This document shows positions 31,601 through 40,048 of a DNA stretch of 64,000 bases, in pieces. The stretch is from assembly GCA_963840855.1 (NCBI GenBank), contig CAWJBB010000061.1:119252-183251 (forward strand). The letters are read 5' to 3'. The notes below the pieces were generated by a model. The model was not told the origin of the DNA, searched no databases, and saw only the letters and a program-made list of their open reading frames with translations. Position 1 is the first letter of the stretch. Every line of letters starts with the position of its first letter. Position numbers and translations under genes: made by a program. The DNA comes from an uncultured delta proteobacterium (GTDB lineage: Bacteria > Desulfobacterota > Binatia > UBA9968).

Positions 31601-32674
31601 TCATCTCGCCGTTTTTACACGCGCCGCCGTCGCACTGGTAATGTAAGGAACGGCAGATTTCGGGTATGGCGCAACACTGCTAACGTTGATTTCGCAAAGC
31701 ACATAGGTGTCTTTGCCGCTTTTGTCCTTGGGCCCGAGCAGGAAATCGCAATCCCAGAGAATGGGAAGATTCTCGGTTTCGATTCCAAGCAGTTGCTGCG
31801 CTGCCGGCAGCCAGTCATGCTCTAACTTTTGTTTCAGAGCCTGGAATTCCGGCTTGGTGGGCGGATCGTAAAACCGGGGGCCAGGTTGGGGCGCTTCCGT
31901 TGGCGGTGCGCCGGAAGGCGCAGGGAACAACGCATTGACAGCCTGATGTCCAAATCCGGCCACCCTCTCTTCAACGAGATAACAGCGAATCATGCCGTCC
32001 GGGAGCCGCTCTTGATATTTCTGGTCAATCATCCGACCATCCGACAAAAAATATTCTTCGCAACGCGCAAAGAATTTATCTAGCGTGATCTCCTCTTCGG
32101 TGCAGCCGCGTTTCGCATGGCGAACCCGAAGAATGCTTTCCGGCTGCGCCGGCCTGCCGCTAACGCGTCCAGCACTCATTTGGACTTTCCAGACGCCGAT
32201 TCCGCCGTTACCACGGTACTGCTTGAGTACACGGGCTTCCCCATTCGCTAAGCGCGCAGGCAGTTCCTGACGCATCTGTTCCATGCTGCTGTAAAGATGC
32301 GTATCGCATCCCCAACCGATATGACGCGTTCGGTATAAAACTTCCTTGGTTCCCAATTTCAGGATGATGTCGGGATGGGCGCTGATAAAAATCCCGTTCG
32401 CTGCCACCTCACGAAGCATGGAATCGAGAACCGACCTGTTGCGCCCGTCTTGAATAGGATTGACCCACACGAGGACACCGTCAACTCGCATAAGTTGATC
32501 CCGAACCTCAGCGCAAAAATCGTCGCTATAAACCGCGGGTTCCGCGTATATCCCTCTATCGGCAAAAGCCGCCAATAAATCCGCAAACCGGTTATTTTCA
32601 GTGGTTGCGTTCGTCCTGTCTCTGTAATCACCAGGGTAGAGAATTGCGATCCGTTCGCGATCATCCTGCGCCAT
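31601..32674 (-). CDS. Cj0069-family ATP-grasp-like protein
   Basis: DGVLVWVNPI, SAHPDIILKLGTKEVL, RVLKQYRGNGGIGVWKV, LWDCDFLLG, LCEINVSSV. Confidence 0.8.
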   Translation of the reverse strand: MAQDDRERIAILYPGDYRDRTNATTENNRFADLLAAFADRGIYAEPAVYSDDFCAEVRDQLMRVDGVLVWVNPIQDGRNRSVLDSMLREVAANGIFISAHPDIILKLGTKEVLYRTRHIGWGCDTHLYSSMEQMRQELPARLANGEARVLKQYRGNGGIGVWKVQMSAGRVSGRPAQPESILRVRHAKRGCTEEEITLDKFFARCEEYFLSDGRMIDQKYQERLPDGMIRCYLVEERVAGFGHQAVNALFPAPSGAPPTEAPQPGPRFYDPPTKPEFQALKQKLEHDWLPAAQQLLGIETENLPILWDCDFLLGPKDKSGKDTYVLCEINVSSVAPYPKSAVPYITSATAARVKTAR

Positions 32675-32782
32675 GCGAGTTTCTCTTTCGTGCGTCTTCG
32701 ACGCGGACGTTTCCCGCGTCCACGCGTGTTACTAACAAGAATTCAGGGCTGCCTGACAGGCTTAAGCCGGCGCAATTGGTTT

Positions 32783-33376
32783 TTATGAATGTGCATTTTG
32801 GCTGTAAAGCGTCGAGACATTCTCCCAATTGAGGTTTTGCATGAACGCATCGACATAGGCGGCTGCTTTGGCGCCGTAGTCGATATGATACGAATGCTCG
32901 TACATATCGAGCGCGAGAATTGGGCTGCCTCCTGCCAGAGAACAGGTATGATCGGCAGCCCACTGATTGATGAGCTTTTTATCGCGACGCGAATAGGTCA
33001 ACAAAACCCACCCCGATCCGCCGCCGAGCGCTTTACCCATCGCGGCAAACTGGGTCTGCCATCTTTCCAGGCTGCCAAAGTCTCTGACCAAGGCTCCTTG
33101 CAGATTTTTGTCGGGTTCGCCTCTGTTTCCAAAGCCGTCAAAATAAAGTTCGTGCAAGATCATCGAGTTGCTGGCAATCAACTCTTCGCGCTTCAAGCCG
33201 TTGATGAGAAACACGGGGGCGGTTGCGAAATCCAGCGATTCCAATTGCTCTGTGATGGCATTCAGGCGTTTCACCGCGCCGCCGTAATTGTTCTCGTAGT
33301 GACTAACGATGAGTTGTTCCGAGAGCCCTTTGAGCTTGGCGGGAACGCAGGAGAGCGGTTTCATTTCGTACGGCAT
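32783..33376 (-). CDS. chrC: Fe/Mn superoxide dismutase, ChrC-like
   Basis: SHYENNYGG, NSMILHELYF, GSGW, LDMYEHSY; located in the chr cluster. Confidence 0.8.
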   Translation of the reverse strand: MPYEMKPLSCVPAKLKGLSEQLIVSHYENNYGGAVKRLNAITEQLESLDFATAPVFLINGLKREELIASNSMILHELYFDGFGNRGEPDKNLQGALVRDFGSLERWQTQFAAMGKALGGGSGWVLLTYSRRDKKLINQWAADHTCSLAGGSPILALDMYEHSYHIDYGAKAAAYVDAFMQNLNWENVSTLYSQNAHS

Positions 33377-33394
33377 AAAGGATTCCTCCGAGGG

Positions 33395-34066
33395 TTACTT
33401 GGAATCAAGAGACTCAACAGCAAGATCATCGAAATACGCAACCGAATCCGCCTTAGTCCAAAGCCCCACCTTTCCGCCCTCTGTAAATGTTCGGTCACGA
33501 GCATCTATGACCATCTTGCTATTCCAATACACTTGGAAGCGATCATCTCGCGCATCGATACTAAGCGTGTTCCAAGCGCCTGCCGCTACTAGTCCATCCC
33601 AACCTGCAAACTGCTGACGCTTGCCATCTTTGACGTAGTAAAGACGGACATTATTTTCCAAAGCGTTGGCGCGGACCACGTAATAGTTGTTCTCATCGAG
33701 GTACCGGAAAACGAGCCCACAAGCCTGGTCAACTTTTCCGGAAACTGCTTTACAGCGTACGGACAAACGAAGATTTGCAAGCGAAACAGAATCCGCGACG
33801 GCGACGGGAAAACGGTAGCTGGTCGCATCCGTGTCTAACTGCGCCAGAACCTTCGTCCCACTCGGGGAGTCCTTTTCAGCTCCCACCAGCCATCGGCCCG
33901 TGCGACCGCTTCCGGTTCTCGCGAAGCTAAAACGGGACGGAGGTTTACCGGCCGGATCGCTTTCAAAATCCCACTTCCAGCTTACGGCATTGCCGTGTGT
34001 AGTAAGAGTCATAATGATGGCAAAAACACTCATTCCAAAAAACAGGATCCCCCGGAAGAATTTCAC
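33395..34066 (-). CDS. Secreted concanavalin A-like/LamG-type beta-sandwich protein
   Basis: Signal peptide; GLVFRYLDENNYYVVR; GGKVGLWTKADS...FDDL. Confidence 0.6.
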   Translation of the reverse strand: MKFFRGILFFGMSVFAIIMTLTTHGNAVSWKWDFESDPAGKPPSRFSFARTGSGRTGRWLVGAEKDSPSGTKVLAQLDTDATSYRFPVAVADSVSLANLRLSVRCKAVSGKVDQACGLVFRYLDENNYYVVRANALENNVRLYYVKDGKRQQFAGWDGLVAAGAWNTLSIDARDDRFQVYWNSKMVIDARDRTFTEGGKVGLWTKADSVAYFDDLAVESLDSK

Positions 34067-34145
34067 TGCTTATCCTCCGTCCGGACAAGTTTTCCACGGT
34101 AATCGTAAAGCGGTTCGTAAACTGATGCTCCCCTCAAGAGCGAGA

Positions 34146-35384
34146 TCACCCGCCGCGCACGAGGGGCCAGAGAATCAATCCGACCACCCCCGAAACGGTG
34201 ACGATAATCGGTTCGGAAATTTTGAAACGCCAGAGGATGCCGAAGCTCACCAGCGCGATGATCACCGTCGGCCAATCCGTGATCGCCCGCGTGGCGAGAA
34301 CTATGACGGCGCCGGTGATGGCGCCGGTAGCCGCGGCGGTCGCGCCGTCAACGAACGCTTTGAGTTGAGGATTTTCGCGGTGGCGTTTGAACCACGGCGC
34401 CGGGATGATGGTAAATACGTAAACCGGTAAAAAAATACCGATGGAGGCCATGACCGCCCCGGCGAACCCGGCAACTAAAAAACCGATGAAGGCGACGGTA
34501 ATGACCACAGGGCCCGGCGTGATCATCGCCACCGCGACCGCGTCAAGAAATTGATGCTCGGTTAGCCAACCGAATTGTTGCACCACTCCTTGCTGCAAAA
34601 ATGGAATGATAGCTAGTCCGCTGCCGAACACGAAGGCGCCCGCCTTTGTGAAAAATAGCAAAATCTGCGCGAGCAGATCCTGAGAATCGGCCGCAGTACC
34701 CGTTTGCCGGAGCCACGCCTCCAGCAACCAAACAGCCGCCCCCAGGATTGCGGCGCCGAGACTCATGAGCAAACCGCTTTTCCAACCCGGCCAGGCGTGC
34801 GCCAGCAGTACCACGAGGCCTGCGAGAATGAAGAATTCCGCCAACTCGGCTTGCGCCCATACTGTAACCACCGTGAGGATCGCAAAAACACTCCACAGCA
34901 CAGGATCACGCTTGTTGGTGCTGCGCGCCAACTTGTATGCGGCGATTGCAATAATGGCGATCACCGTGGCGCCAATGGCATAGAAAAGAGCCTGCATCCA
35001 CCACAGCCCGCCGTATGCGACGTAAGCGAGCGAGATGGCGACGACCATAAGAAACGAAGGGATGATAAAGGCCAGCCCAACCAAAGTCGCGCCGATTGTG
35101 CCCGCTTCGAAATAGCCGATGGCAATGGCTGTCTGTGCCGCGAGTGGCCCCGGCATGATTTGAGCAAGCGCCAGTGACAGCTTGTAGGTATCTTCGGTGA
35201 TCCACTGCCGTCGCTCGACCAGGTCTCGATGCATGAAGCCCACCAATGCAACGGGGCCACCGAACCCTATGGTGCCGAGCTTGAGAAAGTAAGCGGTGAG
35301 AGGCCAAAGGCCGGCTTTGTTTACAGAGATTGCTTCAGCGCTTGCCGTACCCGGCCTCTGTATTGAACTGGATGTTTGTTGCAT
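34146..35384 (-). CDS. chrA: Chromate efflux transporter
   Basis: FLKLGTIGFGGP...AQIMPGP and FTKAGAFVFGSG...AMITPGP (two CHR domains). Confidence 0.92.
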   Translation of the reverse strand: MQQTSSSIQRPGTASAEAISVNKAGLWPLTAYFLKLGTIGFGGPVALVGFMHRDLVERRQWITEDTYKLSLALAQIMPGPLAAQTAIAIGYFEAGTIGATLVGLAFIIPSFLMVVAISLAYVAYGGLWWMQALFYAIGATVIAIIAIAAYKLARSTNKRDPVLWSVFAILTVVTVWAQAELAEFFILAGLVVLLAHAWPGWKSGLLMSLGAAILGAAVWLLEAWLRQTGTAADSQDLLAQILLFFTKAGAFVFGSGLAIIPFLQQGVVQQFGWLTEHQFLDAVAVAMITPGPVVITVAFIGFLVAGFAGAVMASIGIFLPVYVFTIIPAPWFKRHRENPQLKAFVDGATAAATGAITGAVIVLATRAITDWPTVIIALVSFGILWRFKISEPIIVTVSGVVGLILWPLVRGG

Positions 35385-35487
35385 AAGGTACCCTTGTTCC
35401 CTGCGCCTCTTTTTGCCGGTGCTTCTGTTCGTGTAGTCTATATTGTATCCGTTATATAACAGCTGTATCTTTATCAAGGAAATATCG

Positions 35488-36465
35488 ATGCAGTCAACAA
35501 ACGAAGGGCGGTGGTTTCTGCTTATTCATCAGATTCCACCGAAGCCAAATTACTTGCGGGTAAAAATCTGGCGCCGATTACAGCGGCTCGGCGCAGTGCC
35601 GATCAAAAACACCGTTTACGTTCTACCGAAAAGCGATCAGGCACGAGAAGATTTTCAGTGGGTGCTGCGAGAGATTGTGCAGGGAGGCGGAGACGGTACT
35701 CTCTGCGAAGCTCGATTGGTTGACGGAGTGACCGATGAGCAGGTTGAGGCGTTGTTTCAGTCGGCTCGCGAGGCCGACTACGGACAGATTGCTAAAGACG
35801 CCCGTGTGATAGCCAAGACTCTACCGACCAGAGGCAAACTCGCGACGCAGGATACGACTCAAATTCAACAGGATATAGTGCGACTCAAACGACGGCTTGA
35901 TGAGGTCGTCGCGATCGATTTCTTCGGCGCTCCGGCTCGGGAGGCCGCAACTGGATTGATCACGGGGATCGAAGCTCGCTTGCCCAGCAGTAAAGCAAGC
36001 CATCGCGCTTTCGAAACGGGAGAGCGCGCTCGCGAGAACTTGTTAGGCAAGACTTGGGTGACACGTAAAGGAATCCACGTTGACCGAATGGCAAGCGCCT
36101 GGCTCGTCCGCCATTTCATCGATTCGGATGCGAAATTCAAGTTTGTTCCAGCCAAGGGCTATAAGCCACTCAATGATGAAATACGATTCGACATGTTCGA
36201 GGCAGAATACACGCATGTGGGAGACCGCTGCACTTTTGAAGTTTTAATCGACAGTCTCGGGATTTCGGATTCTGCCCTGAGTGCGATTGGCGAGATCGTT
36301 CACGATATCGATTTGAAGGATGCAAAATTTGAACGGCACGAAACCACCGGCGTTGACCACTTGATTGCGGGCATAGCTATGGCCCATAAGGACGATGAGA
36401 GTCGGCTCGCCCAGGCTGCTGCCGTCTTCAATAACCTGTACGAGTATTTTAAGAGAAAGGAGTAA
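35488..36465 (+). CDS. chrB: Chromate resistance regulator
   Basis: LRVKIWRRLQRLGAV (N-terminal domain); WVTRKGIHVDRMASAWL..FID; HVGDRCTFE. Confidence 0.9.
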   Translation: MQSTNEGRWFLLIHQIPPKPNYLRVKIWRRLQRLGAVPIKNTVYVLPKSDQAREDFQWVLREIVQGGGDGTLCEARLVDGVTDEQVEALFQSAREADYGQIAKDARVIAKTLPTRGKLATQDTTQIQQDIVRLKRRLDEVVAIDFFGAPAREAATGLITGIEARLPSSKASHRAFETGERARENLLGKTWVTRKGIHVDRMASAWLVRHFIDSDAKFKFVPAKGYKPLNDEIRFDMFEAEYTHVGDRCTFEVLIDSLGISDSALSAIGEIVHDIDLKDAKFERHETTGVDHLIAGIAMAHKDDESRLAQAAAVFNNLYEYFKRKE

Positions 36466-36889
36466 GACTTTAGGATGGACCTCCGGGAGCATAAATCGCG
36501 ACGGTTCCGGAATTGGCTCCACTTTGCTTTGGCTCATTTGGGTTGAATTCGAATGTGCCAAAAACCATCTGAAAAGGCACGGCAAATTCCTCAGATTTTT
36601 GGCTAATTCAGCGGAACGCATTCGGCAGCCAATAAAAAATGATTTTGGATAGGGGCGGAATTAAGTAGAAGGAGAAATCAGTTTAATCCTGGCATCGCGG
36701 CTTCGCTTTCCTTCGCTCACTACACCAGAACAGTGGCGGCTTATCCAAAGTCGAATTTCGGACGTGTTCGGCGAAAGCGAAGCGCTCAGTTTAAGGTTGT
36801 CGCTGGCGGGCGCCGGACGTTGGGCCGTCGCCAACCCGGTTGACGCGGTAGCTTGTCTTGTATCTCCCGTTCGAAATCTCCCAGCTGGG

Positions 36890-38095
36890 CTAAGGCGCGT
36901 TATAATTCTGTCCGGCTACCAGCCAGGGCGTCTGACCGAAGGTGAGCTTCCCGAATACTCCGGCGTGATCGGATGCCCAATTGGGCGGCAGGAATAACGG
37001 GAAGATGGGAACCTGGCCTGTGACGAACGCCAGCGGCACGAACGACTGTTCGCGTACGAAGATGACGTCGATTCTTTCGTTGAGGAGTGACACCGTGTTT
37101 GACAGGTCCGCCAACTGGCAGCAGGTGAAACCGCCCGGATTGAAGAACTTAAGAGGGTTCGTGTCCCAGATGTCCGCGAAACCCGCGCCGGCGATGATCT
37201 GGTAGGGCGGAGTGACGCCGGCGATTGGTTCATGCTCGGGCGAGGAGTTGAAGTCGCCGACGAGAATCAGCGTCAGGTTGGGGGGCGTGGTTGCTTGCAA
37301 CGTTGCGACCAGTTCCACCGACTGTAGGGACTGGAAAATCGCGCCGAGCTCCCTGACCTCAAGATGCGTGTTGACAAAGCGATATTTCTTCCCCCTCACG
37401 GTGGCGTCGACGCCGACGAAGCCTTTCTGGATACTGATCGGCTCGTCGAAGAACGGCGAATCGACTTGCGCCACGGTGGTGTAGTTGCAGCCGTCCTCTG
37501 AGGGCGAGGACTGGAGTGGGAAAGGAAACGGTGTCAGTGGAACAATAACCCCACAGAGCCCGCCGGCGGTGACGTTCCCCTTTAGTAGAGTGAACGTGAC
37601 GCCTTTTCGGGCCAGAATCACGTCACGGTCGACCACCCTCACCGTCTCAGGGGTTCCGTCCCCATTCACGTCGAAGAGAATTGTAATGTCCAAGTTTACT
37701 ACTGTCGCTGCCACAACATAACTCTGGCCCTTGGCAGCAAGGGCGGCGAGAGTCACGGCCAGATGGTCGACGAAGGGCGGTCCGACATTCGCCCCGTTCA
37801 GCTTGAGATCAACGACCTCCTGGAGGCCGATCAGATCCGGCTCGGTGAGGGCGACCTCCGTGGCCAAGCGCTGGGCTCTAAGCGGGAAGTTGTTGGCTGC
37901 AGCCTGCGTGAGCGCAGTGGCCGCTGCGACGAACAACTCCTCTGGCGTCTGCGCCAGAATTATCGGCGTCAGATCCGCACCGAGATACTGATTTCGCGTC
38001 ATCACCTTGACAATGTCGCCGTCAGCAAAAGTCGGAGCGGAAAATACGGTGAGAACCAGCAGTCCCCCGAGGGCGAGTCCGAATAGGCGTTTCAT
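36890..38095 (-). CDS. Secreted endonuclease/exonuclease/phosphatase family protein
   Basis: VMTRN, DLIGLQEV, NTHLE, GDFN, RIDVIF, SDH. Confidence 0.85.
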   Translation of the reverse strand: MKRLFGLALGGLLVLTVFSAPTFADGDIVKVMTRNQYLGADLTPIILAQTPEELFVAAATALTQAAANNFPLRAQRLATEVALTEPDLIGLQEVVDLKLNGANVGPPFVDHLAVTLAALAAKGQSYVVAATVVNLDITILFDVNGDGTPETVRVVDRDVILARKGVTFTLLKGNVTAGGLCGVIVPLTPFPFPLQSSPSEDGCNYTTVAQVDSPFFDEPISIQKGFVGVDATVRGKKYRFVNTHLEVRELGAIFQSLQSVELVATLQATTPPNLTLILVGDFNSSPEHEPIAGVTPPYQIIAGAGFADIWDTNPLKFFNPGGFTCCQLADLSNTVSLLNERIDVIFVREQSFVPLAFVTGQVPIFPLFLPPNWASDHAGVFGKLTFGQTPWLVAGQNYNAP

Positions 38096-38516
38096 CGTGC
38101 CTCTCCTTTCGCAAAAGGTTCGCCGCTGGACGGCGCCGTCCTCACATTTACCGGACCGAGAAAAACCCGATTAGGAAGGTCGGGCTGGTAACCCAAATCT
38201 TTGCTTAGGACAACGCGGAAACCATAGTCAAGACAGCGTCAGTCTGTCAATGCCGAAGTAGTGAGTGCCGAAGTAGTGAGTATGCTGACCAGTATATTAC
38301 TGATTTGAAAAATCCCACCTGTCACCGCCGCGCGGTTTTCTTCCATCACATTGTCGGCCATTTTTCAATTTCACGATCACGGCTCGTTAAATCGCTTCTT
38401 TTTCGGCTTACGTGACTAGGAATATTTACCGAATTCGCCTTTGAATTATACCAGGCCATTGCTGTTCGAATAAGGCCCTTGTTTTTAAGCGCCGGGTTAC
38501 CTATAAGAGCCGAACC

Positions 38517-38840
38517 ATGAAAGTCACACGACTCTACACCGGAGTGGACCGCCAGTCGCATTTCGAAGAAATCGAGGTGGAGATCAACAAGCTCCAGCCG
38601 GGGGATGGTATTGTTTTCCGTGAAGGTACCCCCGACAGTGTTAACCGCTGGCATCAGGCACCTAGACGGCAGTATGTGATCAACCTGTCAGGTGAAACTG
38701 AGATCGAGATCGGCGATGGTACCAAGCGGCGCTTCGGCCCTGGCGATGTTCTTCTGGCAGAGGATACTTCCGGTCAGGGTCATATCTCGCGAGACGTAGG
38801 CGCCCAGCCGCGCCGCTTTGTATTCATCCCTGTAAAATAA
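38517..38840 (+). CDS. Cupin-domain protein
   Basis: WHQAPRRQYVINLSGETEIE..DG...GPGDVLLAED..G.GH. Confidence 0.8.
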   Translation: MKVTRLYTGVDRQSHFEEIEVEINKLQPGDGIVFREGTPDSVNRWHQAPRRQYVINLSGETEIEIGDGTKRRFGPGDVLLAEDTSGQGHISRDVGAQPRRFVFIPVK

Positions 38841-38949
38841 GAGAAGCGCATTTCATCGCAGCACGAACTGTTCGCGTCAGACAAATTTCACAAGATTTGG
38901 TTGATGGAGAATTCAATTCAATCCTGGCAGCGCAGCTTGGTTTTCTGCC

Positions 38950-39004
38950 ATCACTTGATCACTTTGTCCGCGCGCGCCAACACATTCAGCGGAATCGTGA
39001 GACC
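38950..39004 (-). pseudogene. C-terminal remnant of an ABC_sub_bind gene
   Basis: LTIPLNVLARADKVIK* followed by the spacer motif. Confidence 0.75.
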
Positions 39005-39302
39005 CCATAGCAAGATTTCACCATTTAGGTGTATCCGTCCGATCTGTAATTACCGAAACTGTGTTGTTCGGCAAAAACAGAACTTGAGATCGATTGATTA
39101 AAGATCGAACGTTTCGGTCTACACTTTGCCTGGGGCTGATGGAGTTGCCGCCGCGTGCAAGCAAAGATGCAAAACGATAAGAAGTTCCTGGATCGAATCG
39201 ATGGCCTCGCCGACAAGATCTTTCAACAAGGCCTTGAGCCTTGACGGCCCACAGACCCTATAGCCCAATCTCTTCCCTCGAATCCAGCCTCCTTGTGTAG
39301 AC

Positions 39303-40016
39303 TTAATTCACGCGGCTCATCGCCTTTCTCAGTGCTGTGACCAATTTGCAGAAGTTAGCGTTGGTATTATTCTTACGCAATTCTCTGGTATCGCAGCCTG
39401 GAGCAAATAGTGACTCGCGATAAGTCTTTCCCATTTCTAACTGCACACCGGCGCCGGTCGTAGTTTTATTGCAGATGTTCTCGGGATTATTGCCATTTGT
39501 GTCTGCGTCGTCATTACTAGTAGCAGCGGGTATCCCTGCTGCTGTCAATTCTTCCAGGACAATATTCATTAGCTCGGTATCAAGCCCACCGATTTGAATT
39601 TTTCCGTTAGCAGCCGTGTCGCTCAAGCCGTGTAATGAAAGGCAACGCTTCGAAATCTGAACCAACTTCAACGCAATGGGATCATCATAATGGGTGGAAG
39701 TGACATGCAGTTTGCTATTACAGTCAGCCAACAGACCTTCGAAGATCCATAGATCATGCAATCCAAAACAATCTGAAGCGTGGGCAAAAGTTGCCGGATG
39801 ATATCCGGCAACGGCTAGGGCGATTTCGCTGGTACCGGGCTCGATCCCGCCGCCGTGAAGGGCGAGAACTATCTTCTGACCTTCAAGATTGTCGGTAGCT
39901 TGACCTTCTACGATCTGAATCCATTCATGGCGCCTCCAGCGCTTGCCGTAGGTTGTTCCCTCAACGTTTGATGGATCTTTATAGAGTGCTGTCATCGAAC
40001 AGTATTGGTCTGGCAT
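39303..40016 (-). CDS. Poly-gamma-glutamate hydrolase (DUF867/PghP family)
   Basis: HGGGIEPGTSEIA, FEGL, LHVTSTHYDDP, SLHG, NICNK...GVQLE; Zn ligands and catalytic Glu appear intact. Confidence 0.85.
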   Translation of the reverse strand: MPDQYCSMTALYKDPSNVEGTTYGKRWRRHEWIQIVEGQATDNLEGQKIVLALHGGGIEPGTSEIALAVAGYHPATFAHASDCFGLHDLWIFEGLLADCNSKLHVTSTHYDDPIALKLVQISKRCLSLHGLSDTAANGKIQIGGLDTELMNIVLEELTAAGIPAATSNDDADTNGNNPENICNKTTTGAGVQLEMGKTYRESLFAPGCDTRELRKNNTNANFCKLVTALRKAMSRVN

Positions 40017-40048
40017 AGTATTTTTCCTCTCCGTTATTGGGGCACGTA

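Noticed and set aside
38251-38281. 15-bp tandem duplication TGCCGAAGTAGTGAG x2
   Set aside because: Only two units in an intergenic region, with no evidence of function.
9960-39004. CRISPR array or classical integron
   Set aside because: The repeats are long, degenerate and kilobases apart. No cas or intI gene is present, and the hairpin lacks the attC RYYYAAC/GTTRRRY consensus.
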